Part shown: one piece after another, positions 28,472 through 38,239 of the stretch
Numbering within the stretch: the first letter of the stretch is position 1
How the letters are laid out: every line of letters begins with the position of its first letter
NCBI GenBank assembly: GCA_963713975.1
Contig: OY970218.1
Coordinates: forward strand, 288,001 to 352,000
Origin: an uncultured Chloroflexia bacterium
Lineage (GTDB): Bacteria > Chloroflexota > Limnocylindria > Limnocylindrales > CSP1-4
DNA length: 64,000 bases
Reading direction: 5' to 3'
Notes under the pieces: model-generated
Database searches by the model: none
Told to the model about the DNA's origin: nothing
Seen by the model: the letters and a program-made list of their open reading frames with translations, nothing else
Program-made: the position numbers and the translations under genes

Positions 28472-29308
28472 CTACCGGCGTGGCAGGTCGACGGTCTCGC
28501 CCGGGGCGAGGATCCGGACCGGGACGTCCGGGGCCAGCCGGGCGGCGGCCTCCGCGAAGGCAGCCCCTGGCGATTCGAACGGGGCCGGCAGGACCCGTCG
28601 CAACCCCGCCGGGTAGAAGGTCCCCCAGTGGATGGGGATGGCGAGGGCCGGACGCAGGATCGCCGCCGCCCTGGCGGCGCGCTCAGGATCCATGTGCCCG
28701 GGGCCGATGTTCGGGCCCCAGCCCCACACGGGCAGCATGGCGACGTCAAGCGTCCCCGCGAGGTCCGCCATCCCCGGGAACAGGTCGGTGTCGCCGGGGA
28801 AGTAGATGCTGCGTGAGCCCTCGATCACGCACCCGATTGGCGGACCCTCCGGCCCGAACGGCTCCCGACGCCCGGAATGCAGCGCCTCGATCACCGAGAA
28901 GTGGACCCGGTCGATGGTCAGTCGGTCGCCGGGCTCGACCTCCTCCACGGGCCCCAGGCCCACCTTGCCGACCACGCCACCGAATCCTCGCGGGACGATG
29001 ACTGTCGGCCTGCCCGGGATCTGGCGCAGCGATGCGGCATCGAGGTGGTCGTGGTGGCCATGGCTGATGAAGACGGCATCGAGATCCGCGAACAGCTCGG
29101 GTAGCACGGCCTGCACCTGGCGTCGGATGGGACCCATTCCGGCACGCAGGACCGGGTCCGTCAGGATCCGCAGGTCGTCCACCTCGATCAGCACCGTCGC
29201 GTGGCCGAGGAACGTCAGGCGCGCATGGCGTGGTCCCGCCGCCTCGGCCGGCGCAGCCGCCCGAATGGCGCGCCAGGGGTGGTCGACGGCGGCATGACGA
29301 TGCGGCAT
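28472..29308 (-). CDS. MBL-fold metallo-hydrolase (NAPE-PLD/UlaG-like)
   Basis: FLGHAT, ILTDP, SHGHHDHLD, YFPGDT, PIHWGT. Confidence 0.88.
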   Translation of the reverse strand: MPHRHAAVDHPWRAIRAAAPAEAAGPRHARLTFLGHATVLIEVDDLRILTDPVLRAGMGPIRRQVQAVLPELFADLDAVFISHGHHDHLDAASLRQIPGRPTVIVPRGFGGVVGKVGLGPVEEVEPGDRLTIDRVHFSVIEALHSGRREPFGPEGPPIGCVIEGSRSIYFPGDTDLFPGMADLAGTLDVAMLPVWGWGPNIGPGHMDPERAARAAAILRPALAIPIHWGTFYPAGLRRVLPAPFESPGAAFAEAAARLAPDVPVRILAPGETVDLPRR

Positions 29309-29620
29309 CCGGCCATGTTGCCGTGAATCGCCGCGGGCCGTCGACCGGCGACCGACCACGGATCCCGAGGGGACGGCGGCCGGAGCCCCGGCCGGGACGT
29401 GTCCGAGGGGCCGCTCGGCCCGGGCATGGGTGCCGGACGGCTCGCAGGTCCCGCCCAATCCGTGACCCGCGAACCACTCCTCAGGGACCGATCGCCCGCC
29501 CGCGTCGCCGCCCAGTGGCGCAAACTGGGCAGTGGCCTCGCAGCGCCTCGGCCTGCAGGTCCCGGTCCCGTCGCCACCAACACCGGGTGGCATGTGTCAC
29601 CCGAAAGGACGCAGACACTG

Positions 29621-32600
29621 ATGAGTCAGCACTGGGAGTGCCTTGACGGCAACGAGGCGGCCGCACGCGCCGCCTACGCCATGAGCGAGGTCATCTCCAT
29701 CTACCCGATCACCCCGGCCTCGCCCATGGCCGAGTACTGCGACGACTGGGCGGCGGCGCACAAGCCCAACCTGTGGGGCACCGTCCCGTCGGTCGTCGCG
29801 ATGCAGTCCGAGGCCGGAGCCGCGGGGGCGGTGCACGGGTCGCTCCAGAAGGGTGCCCTGACGACAACGTTCACGGCGTCGCAGGGCCTGCTCCTGATGA
29901 TCCCGAACATGTTCAAGATCGCCGGCGAGCTGACGCCCGCGGTCATCCACGTGGCGGCGCGCACGCTCGCGACCCACGCGCTCTCGATCTTCGGTGACCA
30001 CAGCGACGTGATGCATGCCCGGGCGACGGGCTGGGCGATGCTGGCCGCGGGATCGGTCCAGGAGGCGCACGATTTCGCCGCCGTGGCCCACGCCGCGACG
30101 CTCCGGTCCCGGGTGCCGTTCCTTCACTTCTTCGACGGCTTCCGGACGAGCCACGAGGTCAACAAGATCGCGATGCTGACGCCGGAGAACCTCCGCGCGC
30201 TCATCCGCGAGGACGACGTCCTGGCCTTCCGCCGCCGTGGCCTCACCTCGGAGACCCCGGTCGTGCGCGGTACTGCGCAGAACCCGGACGTCTTCTTCCA
30301 GGCCCGTGAGGCCTGCAACCCCTTCCACGATGCCGTGCCGGCAATCGTGCAGGAGGTCATGGACGAGTTCGCCGCGCAGACGGGGCGACGCTACTCGCTG
30401 GTGGAGTACCGGGGCGCACCGGACGCGGACCGCGTGGTCGTCGTCATGGGCTCGGGCACCGGCGCCGTGGAGGAGACCGTCGAGACGATGGTCGCCGCCG
30501 GCGAGAAGGTCGGCGCGATCGTCATCCGCCTGTTCCAGCCCTTCCCCGTTGCTCAGCTGATGGCAGCCCTGCCGAAGACCACGAAGCAGATCGCGGTCCT
30601 CGACCGGACCAAGGAGCCGGGCGCGGTCGGCGAGCCGATGTACCAAGCGGTCATCACGGCCCTGGCCGAGGCGCAGGACAGCGACGAGCCGCCCTTCGCC
30701 GTCGCGCCCAAGATCATCGGCGGCCGCTACGGGCTCTCCTCCAAGGAATTCACCCCGTCGATGGTGAAGCCCATCTTCGACGAGATGCTGGCCGCCAGGC
30801 CCAAGCGCCACTTCACCGTCGGCATCTATGACGATGTGACGCACCTCTCGCTGCCGATCTCCTCGACGTTCACGCACCCGCGCCCGGCGGGCGAGGTCCA
30901 GGCGCTGTTCTTCGGTCTCGGCTCGGACGGCACCGTTGGCGCGAACAAGTCATCGGTCAAGATCATCGGTGAAGGCACGGACCTGTTCGCCCAGGGCTAC
31001 TTCGTGTACGACTCGAAGAAGTCCGGCTCGGTCACGTCGTCGCACCTGCGGTTTGGCCCGCAGCCGATCCGGTCCACCTACCTCGTGGACGATGCGGACT
31101 TCGTGGCCTGCCACCAGTTCGGCCTGCTCGAGAGCGTCCCGATGCTGGATCGCGCCAAGCACGGTGCGACGTTCCTGCTCAACTCGCCCTACGGCCCGGA
31201 CGAGGTCTGGGACAGCCTCCCGACCGGCGTCCAGCAGCAGCTCGTGGACAAGCGGATCAACCTGTGGGTGATCGACGCCATGGCGGTGGCCGCCGAGACC
31301 GGCATGGGCAACCGCATCAACACCATCATGCAGCCCTGCTTCTTCCACCTCTCCGGCGTCCTGCCGGCCGAGGAGGCGATCACCCGGATCAAGGAGTTCG
31401 TCAAGAAGACGTACGGCAAGCGCGGCGACGCCGTGGTCCAGCGCAACTACGCGGCCATCGACGCCTCCATCGCCCGCCTGGGCAAGGTGACGCTGGGCAC
31501 GGTCAGCACCGACCAGGCTCTGCGCCTGCTCGTTCCCGAGACCGCGCCGGACTTCGTCCAGCAGGTCACGGCCCGGCTCATGGCCGGCGAGGGTGACCTC
31601 CTGCCGGTCAGTGCGCTGCCGGTGGACGGCACGTTCCCGACCGGCACCACCCGGTATGAGAAGCGGGCGATCGCCCAGCAGATCCCGGTCTGGGACGAGA
31701 CCATCTGCATCGACTGCGGCAAGTGCGCCATGGTCTGCCCCCATGCGTCGATCCGGATGAAGGTGTTCCCCGAAGCGGAGACGCCGGACCTCGCCGGGTT
31801 CGTCACCAAGGAGTTCAAGTCCCGCGACCTGCCGGGGCACCGCCTCACGATCCAGGTTGCCCCGGACGACTGCACCGGCTGTGGCGTGTGCGTGGACGTC
31901 TGTCCTGCCAAGAGCAAGACCGACGCCGGCCACAAGTCCATCAACATGGCACCGTACCTCGAGCATCGAGACGTGGAGCGCCAGCGCTGGGATGCCTTCC
32001 TCGCGATCCCGCCGCTCGACCGCACGGCGATCCCGCACGACACCGTGAAGGGCGCCTCCTCGCTGGAGCCGCTGTTCGAGTTCAGCGGCGCCTGCGCCGG
32101 CTGCGGCGAGACGCCGTACATCCGGCTCGTCACCCAGCTGTTCGGGGACCGGATGGTCGTGGCCAACGCCACCGGCTGCTCCTCGATCTATGGCGCGAAC
32201 CTGCCGACCACCCCGTACACCGTCAACGGCGACGGCCATGGGCCCGCGTGGGCCAACAGCCTGTTCGAGGACAACGCCGAGTTCGGCCTGGGCATGCGCC
32301 TGGGCATGGACGCGCAGACCCTGTTTGCCAGGGAGCTCGTCGGGCGCCTGGCCCCGGTCATCGGCGAGGATCTCGCCCGCGATCTGCTGGACAGCCCGCA
32401 GGCCACCGAGCCCGAGATCGCGGCGCAGCGCGAGCGGGTCGGGCGGCTTCGCCAGGTCCTCGAGGGCGTCACGGGCGAGCACGCCGTGGACGCCCGCCAG
32501 CTGCTGGCCCTGTCCACGGACCTCGTGAAGCAAGGGGTGTGGATCATCGGCGGGGACGGATGGGCCTACGACATCGGCTTCGGTGGGCTCGACCAGGTCC

Positions 32601-33271
32601 TCTCGTCCGGCCGCAACGTCAACATCCTCGTCCTCGACACCGAGGTCTACTCCAACACCGGTGGCCAGGCGTCGAAGGCCACGCCTCGTGGCGCCGTCGC
32701 CAAGTTCGCCGCCGCCGGCAAGCCGACCGGCAAGAAGGACCTGGGCGCGATCGCCCGCTCCTACGGCAACGTCTTCGTGGCCCAGATCGCGCTCGGCGCC
32801 AACGATGCCCAGTCGATCAAGGCGCTCCTGGAGGCCGAAGCGTGGGACGGGCCATCGCTCGTGATCGCCTACTCGACCTGCATCGCGCACGGCATTGACA
32901 TGAGCAAGTCGATGTCCCACCAGAAGGACGCCGTCAAGAGCGGCTACTGGCCGCTCTACCGGTTCCAGCCGAGCGAGGTGCAGGACGGCCAGCCGTTCAA
33001 GCTGGACTCAGCGAAGCCCTCGATCCCGATCAAGGACTTCGTGTCGTCCGAGACGAGGTTCGCGATCCTCGAGCGCACGGACCCGGAGCGGGCGGCCGAG
33101 CTGGCCGAGCTGGCCCAGGCCGACGCCGACGAGCGCTGGCGCTACTACCAGCAGCTGGCGGGCATGCACCGCAGCATCCCGCACATCGCCGTGCCGGCGG
33201 ATGAGGATGCACCTGACACGGTCGCCGCCGCGGCGACCAACGGCACCGGCGAGAAGGGAGACGAGGCATGA
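29621..33271 (+). CDS. nifJ: Pyruvate:ferredoxin (flavodoxin) oxidoreductase
   Basis: DGNEAA, YPITP, MQSEAGAAG, GSDGTVG, two CxxCxxCxxxCP motifs, FSGACAGCGE, GGDGWAYDIG; ATG 29621 after AAGGA. Confidence 0.96.
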   Translation: MSQHWECLDGNEAAARAAYAMSEVISIYPITPASPMAEYCDDWAAAHKPNLWGTVPSVVAMQSEAGAAGAVHGSLQKGALTTTFTASQGLLLMIPNMFKIAGELTPAVIHVAARTLATHALSIFGDHSDVMHARATGWAMLAAGSVQEAHDFAAVAHAATLRSRVPFLHFFDGFRTSHEVNKIAMLTPENLRALIREDDVLAFRRRGLTSETPVVRGTAQNPDVFFQAREACNPFHDAVPAIVQEVMDEFAAQTGRRYSLVEYRGAPDADRVVVVMGSGTGAVEETVETMVAAGEKVGAIVIRLFQPFPVAQLMAALPKTTKQIAVLDRTKEPGAVGEPMYQAVITALAEAQDSDEPPFAVAPKIIGGRYGLSSKEFTPSMVKPIFDEMLAARPKRHFTVGIYDDVTHLSLPISSTFTHPRPAGEVQALFFGLGSDGTVGANKSSVKIIGEGTDLFAQGYFVYDSKKSGSVTSSHLRFGPQPIRSTYLVDDADFVACHQFGLLESVPMLDRAKHGATFLLNSPYGPDEVWDSLPTGVQQQLVDKRINLWVIDAMAVAAETGMGNRINTIMQPCFFHLSGVLPAEEAITRIKEFVKKTYGKRGDAVVQRNYAAIDASIARLGKVTLGTVSTDQALRLLVPETAPDFVQQVTARLMAGEGDLLPVSALPVDGTFPTGTTRYEKRAIAQQIPVWDETICIDCGKCAMVCPHASIRMKVFPEAETPDLAGFVTKEFKSRDLPGHRLTIQVAPDDCTGCGVCVDVCPAKSKTDAGHKSINMAPYLEHRDVERQRWDAFLAIPPLDRTAIPHDTVKGASSLEPLFEFSGACAGCGETPYIRLVTQLFGDRMVVANATGCSSIYGANLPTTPYTVNGDGHGPAWANSLFEDNAEFGLGMRLGMDAQTLFARELVGRLAPVIGEDLARDLLDSPQATEPEIAAQRERVGRLRQVLEGVTGEHAVDARQLLALSTDLVKQGVWIIGGDGWAYDIGFGGLDQVLSSGRNVNILVLDTEVYSNTGGQASKATPRGAVAKFAAAGKPTGKKDLGAIARSYGNVFVAQIALGANDAQSIKALLEAEAWDGPSLVIAYSTCIAHGIDMSKSMSHQKDAVKSGYWPLYRFQPSEVQDGQPFKLDSAKPSIPIKDFVSSETRFAILERTDPERAAELAELAQADADERWRYYQQLAGMHRSIPHIAVPADEDAPDTVAAAATNGTGEKGDEA

Positions 33272-34293
33272 ACCCCGACCTGCGCACCCGCTACCTCGGG
33301 CTCGAGCTCCGCTCCCCCATCGTCGCCTCTCCGACCCCGTTGACCGGCGACCCCGCCTTCGTCAAGCGCCTCGAGGATGCAGGCGTCGGCGCGGTGGTGC
33401 TGCCGTCGCTGTTCGAAGAGGAGATCCTCAACGACGAGATCGAGCTGAGCCGCGCCCTCGACCAGGGCACAGAGCAGTTCGCGGAGGCCCTCGGGTACTT
33501 CCCGAACATCGACGAGTTCAAGGGGGTCGGCGACCGGTACCTGGCCCGCCTCGAGCAGACGAAGAGCTCGGTCTCCGTCCCGGTGATCGCCAGCCTCAAC
33601 GCCGACACCAACGGCGGCTGGATCCGCTACGCGAAGTTGATGCAGGATGCCGGGGCCGATGCCCTGGAGCTCAACCTGTACCACGTCGCCGCGGACCCCA
33701 CGCAGGACGCCGCCACCCGGGAGCAGGCCGACATCGACCTGGTCGCCGACGTGCGGGCCGCCATCTCGATCCCGTTCTCGGTCAAGCTGAGCCCGTACTA
33801 CGCGGCGCTGGCCAACGTCGCAGGCAGGATCGTGGATGCCGGGGCGGACGGCCTCGTCCTGTTCAACCGCTTCTACCAGCCGGACCTCGACCTCGACACG
33901 TTCGATGTGGTCACCAGGGTCGCGCTCAGCCACCCCACGGAGCTGCGCCTGCCACTCCGATGGATCGCCATCATGCGGCCCCAGCTGGGGGCCGGTGTCG
34001 GGCTGGCCGCAACGTCGGGCGTCCACACCGCGACCGACGCGATCAAGGCCCTTGCCATTGGCGCCGACGTCGTGATGATGGCCTCGGCGATCCTGCGCCA
34101 CGGGGCCGAGCACGTCACCGTGGTCGAGCGCGATCTCGTCGCGTGGATGACCGAACGCGAATACGAGTCCGTGTCGCAGCTGCGCGGGTCCGCCTCCGCC
34201 GCGACGGTGGCCAACCCGACGGCCTTCGAGCGCGCCAACTACCTTCAGACGCTCCACTCCTGGTCCACGCCGCCCGAGCTGGCGACGCACTAG
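33268..34293 (+). CDS. Dihydroorotate dehydrogenase-like flavoprotein (nifJ-associated)
   Basis: YLGLELRSP, SLFEE, ELNLY, VKLSP, LFNRFYQPD, FERANY; ATGA overlap with nifJ. Confidence 0.88.
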   Translation: MNPDLRTRYLGLELRSPIVASPTPLTGDPAFVKRLEDAGVGAVVLPSLFEEEILNDEIELSRALDQGTEQFAEALGYFPNIDEFKGVGDRYLARLEQTKSSVSVPVIASLNADTNGGWIRYAKLMQDAGADALELNLYHVAADPTQDAATREQADIDLVADVRAAISIPFSVKLSPYYAALANVAGRIVDAGADGLVLFNRFYQPDLDLDTFDVVTRVALSHPTELRLPLRWIAIMRPQLGAGVGLAATSGVHTATDAIKALAIGADVVMMASAILRHGAEHVTVVERDLVAWMTEREYESVSQLRGSASAATVANPTAFERANYLQTLHSWSTPPELATH

Positions 34294-34309
34294 CCCCGGG
34301 GACTTCAGC

Positions 34310-34345
34310 AAGCGGGCGCCGGCTCCGGCCGGCGCCCGCTTCTTC
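34310..34345 (+). terminator. Rho-independent terminator-like hairpin
   Basis: AAGCGGGCGCCGGC-TCCG-GCCGGCGCCCGCTT (14-bp perfect stem) followed by CTTC. Confidence 0.75.
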
Positions 34346-34372
34346 GTGTCTGGAGGGCTGAATCCGGGGGGG

Positions 34373-34420
34373 TTGACAACGGTCATTCATCGTGCAACAT
34401 AACGTTCAATATCTATTGAA
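34373..34420 (+). promoter_or_regulatory. Promoter (-35 TTGACA) and palindromic operator TTCAATA-TC-TATTGAA
   Basis: TTGACA at 34373-34378; perfect inverted repeat at 34405-34420 just upstream of the HTH regulator. Confidence 0.7.
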
Positions 34421-34442
34421 TATTAGACGGACGCCGAACACC

Positions 34443-35102
34443 ATGACCCCGGCCGACGAGACACCCCTGGATCCCGACTTCATCCCGGAACCCACGCGCC
34501 GCATCGCGAGCGTGGAGACGCTCCGTGTCGTCTCGGACCCGACGCGCATGCGGCTGATGGAGACGATGGTCCAGCGCCAGGACCCACCGTGGTCCGTCCG
34601 GGAGCTCGCCGCGGAGCTCCAGGTCCCGCAGACCCGCCTCTACCACCACATCGAGCAGCTGCGCAGCCACGACATCATCCGGCCGGTGGAGAGGCGCGTT
34701 GTCTCGGGGATCATCGAGACCCGCTACCGGATCAGCGCCTTCTCGTTCCAGCTCGACCGCCGCCTGTTCGAGGGCGGCGAGGACGAGCGCCGGACGATCC
34801 TCCACGACACCCTGGTCGCGGTCTTCGACACCGCGCGCGACGAGATCGAGACCGCGATGCGTGGCGGGGCCCTCAAGCCGCCTGGCAGCCCCAGGGACGA
34901 GCCTCTGCTCGTCGTCCGCAGCGTCGCGCGACTGACACCGGACCGTGCTGAGGAGTACCGCCGTCGACTCAAGGAACTCGAGGATGAGTTCAGCGATCCG
35001 GACGGTGACCAGGGCGGAGGCCGGGCATGGGGCGTGGTCCTGGCGCTGTATCCCCTGCCCCAGGCTCCGGCACCCGTCTCCCCCACCCCCGATACGGAGT
35101 AG
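34443..35102 (+). CDS. ArsR-like (HTH_20) transcriptional regulator
   Basis: LRVVSDPTRMRL, SVRELAAEL, LYHHIEQL, GIIETRY. Confidence 0.85.
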   Translation: MTPADETPLDPDFIPEPTRRIASVETLRVVSDPTRMRLMETMVQRQDPPWSVRELAAELQVPQTRLYHHIEQLRSHDIIRPVERRVVSGIIETRYRISAFSFQLDRRLFEGGEDERRTILHDTLVAVFDTARDEIETAMRGGALKPPGSPRDEPLLVVRSVARLTPDRAEEYRRRLKELEDEFSDPDGDQGGGRAWGVVLALYPLPQAPAPVSPTPDTE

Positions 35103-35106
35103 CACC

Positions 35107-36459
35107 ATGGCCGACGTCCCGGTCGAGCGCGCCTTCGGCGTCCGCGATCTCCTGCGCCTCCGCGACTACCGCCGCCTGTACCTTGCTCAGGCGATCTCGG
35201 ATGTCGGCGACGGCATGACCTACCTGGCCCTGTTCCTGGTGGTGCTCGAGATGACCGGATCCCCGGCGGCGATCGCGCTCATGTCGATCCTGGTCGCCCT
35301 GCCGCCCGTCACGATCGGCCTGCTCGCGGGCGCCTGGGCGGATCGCTCCGACCGTCGCCGGATCATGATCGGCTCCGACGTGCTGCGATCCGGCGTCGTC
35401 CTGGCCATCGCGCCGGCGGCCATGGCCGGAGCACTGCCGGCCATCTTCGTCCTCGCGGCCATCCAGGCCGTGATCGGCACGTTCTTCGCGCCGGCCCGAA
35501 CGGCCCTCATCCCACGCGTGGTGCCGGGCGAGGGGCTCCTGGCCGCCAACTCGCTGGGCCAGATGACCCGGATGGTTGCGGGCGTGATCGGCGCCGCCGT
35601 GACCGGGGTGATCGCGGGCGTCGCCGGCATCGTATGGCCGGTATTCCTCGCGGACTCCGCCACGTTCCTCGTATCGGCTGCGCTCGTCGCGGGGGTGGGT
35701 CGAGAGTTGGGCCGCCCGGAGGCCATAGCCGCCGCTGGCCTCAAAGCGCGGGGTATGGGCGGCGCGGTCCTCGACGGCCTCCGGCTGATCGGCGGCTCGG
35801 CACCGCTGATCGCGGCCCTCGGCGGCGTCTCGGTGACCATGCTGGGTGTCGGGGCGATCAACGTCCTGTTCATCCCGTTCCTGGTGGGCGACCTCGGGGC
35901 GAGCGTGGCCTGGGTGGGACCGCTCGAGGCCGCTCAGACGATCGCCATGGTCATCACCGGCGGCCTGCTGGCCGGTCGCGCGGCGCGCCTCAGCGTGCCG
36001 CGCCTGTTCGTGGGGGGGCTGGCCGGGCTGGCGGCGTGCATCGGGCTGCTGTCGGTCGTTCCGGGGCCGCTCGCCCTGATGGCCGTGATGTTCGGCGCCG
36101 GTGCGTTCACGATGCCGGTGCAGGCGACGACCATGACGATCGTGCAGCAGGCCACGACGGACGGGACACGCGGACGCGTTGCCGGCGCCCTCAACGCCGC
36201 CATCCAGACGGCCTCGATCGCCTCGATGGCGGCCGCTGGCGTCCTGGCCAGCGTTCTCGGCATCCGCTCGGTCTTCGCGTTCGGCGCGGTACTGACCCTC
36301 ACCGCGGCCGTCGTCGCCTGGGCCCTGTTCCGGCGCGTGCCCACCGCAGCCGGCCAGGCGCAGGCCGGCGTGTCCGAACCCGCCCGGGTGGCGGGGCAGG
36401 GTCAGCCCGAGCGCCAGTCCCCGACCGTCGTGGTGAGGAAGCCGATCACGGACCGGTAG
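35107..36459 (+). CDS. MFS transporter (DHA3/macrolide-efflux-like)
   Basis: LYLAQAISDVGD, AGAWADRSDRRRIMI, about 12 TM helices, TRGRV. Confidence 0.9.
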   Translation: MADVPVERAFGVRDLLRLRDYRRLYLAQAISDVGDGMTYLALFLVVLEMTGSPAAIALMSILVALPPVTIGLLAGAWADRSDRRRIMIGSDVLRSGVVLAIAPAAMAGALPAIFVLAAIQAVIGTFFAPARTALIPRVVPGEGLLAANSLGQMTRMVAGVIGAAVTGVIAGVAGIVWPVFLADSATFLVSAALVAGVGRELGRPEAIAAAGLKARGMGGAVLDGLRLIGGSAPLIAALGGVSVTMLGVGAINVLFIPFLVGDLGASVAWVGPLEAAQTIAMVITGGLLAGRAARLSVPRLFVGGLAGLAACIGLLSVVPGPLALMAVMFGAGAFTMPVQATTMTIVQQATTDGTRGRVAGALNAAIQTASIASMAAAGVLASVLGIRSVFAFGAVLTLTAAVVAWALFRRVPTAAGQAQAGVSEPARVAGQGQPERQSPTVVVRKPITDR

Positions 36460-37247
36460 TAGCGGCCCCGCGCGTAGGGATCCAGGATCCCGTTTGCCCC
36501 ATCCGTGCGGACGGACGCGAACGAGCTGTCGTACTTGCGCGTGCGCGCCGGATCCGCCCAGAACAGCTGCTTCATCGTCGTCGCCGCGGAGGCATGGAAC
36601 AGGCCCCGGATCACGTAGCCGACGTTCGTGATGCCGCTGGCGAACACCGCCGTCGCACCTGCCTTGAAGAAGCCGGACCCATAGTTGTCCACCCGCTTCC
36701 TGGCCGTCGACTTCGTCGGGTTGCCGGCACCCCACTCGTTGTTGCCGGAGGCGTAGCACAGGCGGTTGAGCACGACGACCGCGTTCGGCGCCAGCCCCAG
36801 GGTGGCCATGTACGTCTCGCCGTAGTACTTCGTGTTGCGGTTCCCGGCGCCGGCTGTGCGGTTCAGGCCCATCCCGTCCTTGGAGGTCGCTGCAAAGGGG
36901 GCGTGGACGCTCGGCCAGCCGTTGCCGTGGCCGAGGTAGATCAGCAGGTTGGCGCCCTTGGCGGCGGCCCGGACCCGGGACCACGTGGCATTGGGGCTGA
37001 AGACCTTGGTGACCGATGCACCGTAGCTGCGAGCCTGTTCGGCGAGCTTGCGGGCTCCGGCCTTGTAGCTGGCGGTCGCGGACCCGACGGGACCGACCAC
37101 GATCACGACCCTGTGGGTGGCCGCCTGGACCTCGGGCGCCGTGACGGTCGCGGTCGTCGCGAGGAGAAGCGCGGCGAGGACGGACGTCAGGAGCGACCGG
37201 ATCCTCCTGGATGACGCCCTTTGGGCGCCTTCATGATGCTCGTGCAA
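36402..37247 (-). CDS. Secreted hypothetical protein with putative caspase/CHAT-like fold (start uncertain)
   Basis: Signal-like LLTSVLAALLLATTATVTAPEVQAA; LLIYLGHG, VVVLNRLCYASG, FFKAGATAVFAS; nearest in-frame start is TTG 37247. Confidence 0.7.
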   Translation of the reverse strand: MHEHHEGAQRASSRRIRSLLTSVLAALLLATTATVTAPEVQAATHRVVIVVGPVGSATASYKAGARKLAEQARSYGASVTKVFSPNATWSRVRAAAKGANLLIYLGHGNGWPSVHAPFAATSKDGMGLNRTAGAGNRNTKYYGETYMATLGLAPNAVVVLNRLCYASGNNEWGAGNPTKSTARKRVDNYGSGFFKAGATAVFASGITNVGYVIRGLFHASAATTMKQLFWADPARTRKYDSSFASVRTDGANGILDPYARGRYYRSVIGFLTTTVGDWRSG

Positions 37248-37606
37248 TCGTCTTGCCTCGTCTCTGCCGGAACACCGCGGCGAGCCGCGGCGACGGTGTG
37301 CATGGTGGCCATCCACGGCGACACGGGAGAGCGGCCGCACATGTGGTCGGCCAGGGCAGACGTGCGATCGCCTGGGGGCGATCGGCGGACTGGGCGGCGG
37401 GGACCACCCGAGGGGAATGACAGGGTGCCTGCCGGGGGACGGCTCTTCGGTTGTGGGGCCTGTCTGCGATCGATGCTCGACCCTGTGGGTCGACGCCGAG
37501 TATGCCAGACACCGTCCGGACGGCCCACCTGCCACGTGGCCCGTCGATGACGAGGCACGGCAGTCTCTCCTGTGGTCCCTCCGGCACCCCCGGGGAACGC
37601 GGGCGG

Positions 37607-38107
37607 TCAGGCGCGGCGGGCAACGGGCGCCACGAATCCGGACACCGCCGCCACCAGGTCCGCAGCCGCGAGCTCGATCTCCAGGCCCCGCCGTCCGGCC
37701 GAGACGTGCACCGTCGGGAAGGTGCTCGCCGAGGTGTCGACCACCGTCGGCAGTGGCCTCCTCGTGCCGAGGGGCGAGATGCCTCCCAGCACGTAGCCCG
37801 TTGCACGTTCGGCGTCAGCCGGTGGGGCGATCACGGCCCTCCGGCCGCCCAGCGCGTCTGCGACCGCCTTCAGGTCCACGTCGCGATCGGCGGGCACCAC
37901 GACGATCGCCGGCCGCGCGTCGACCAGCACGACGATCGACTTGAAGACCCGTGCGGCCTCGATCCCGAGCGCCTCGACGGCCCCCAGCGCATACCCATGA
38001 CCGCCTTCCCGCAGCGGGGCACGGGCGTTGTGTACATATTCATGCACCGTGTGCGGAATGGCTTTCTGCCGCGCCATGGCGACCGCGCGCGTCCCCCGTG
38101 AGCCCAC
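37607..38107 (-). CDS. ybaK: Cys-tRNA(Pro) deacylase YbaK
   Basis: [42 protein letters not shown]. Confidence 0.9.
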   Translation of the reverse strand: MGSRGTRAVAMARQKAIPHTVHEYVHNARAPLREGGHGYALGAVEALGIEAARVFKSIVVLVDARPAIVVVPADRDVDLKAVADALGGRRAVIAPPADAERATGYVLGGISPLGTRRPLPTVVDTSASTFPTVHVSAGRRGLEIELAAADLVAAVSGFVAPVARRA

Positions 38108-38239
38108 GTGGCGATTATCGCGTATGCTCCGACCCGTCCGGCGGTCGCCGCCGCCCAGCCTCCCCGCGAGGGCGCCGCGCCGGACGACCACATCAGGTGG
38201 CCGCCGCCCAAGCGGTCCGGACGGAGATCACGACACACC

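Noticed and set aside
29399-29620. 74-aa N-terminal extension of PFOR in the ORF track
   Set aside because: PFOR-like sequence and the SD point to ATG 29621; the extension is upstream non-coding DNA
30950-32920. 656-aa minus-strand ORF
   Set aside because: Antisense shadow of nifJ
37248-37606. Possible c-di-AMP or other riboswitch upstream of the secreted protein
   Set aside because: Local hairpins exist but I could not match a known aptamer consensus; an Rfam search would decide
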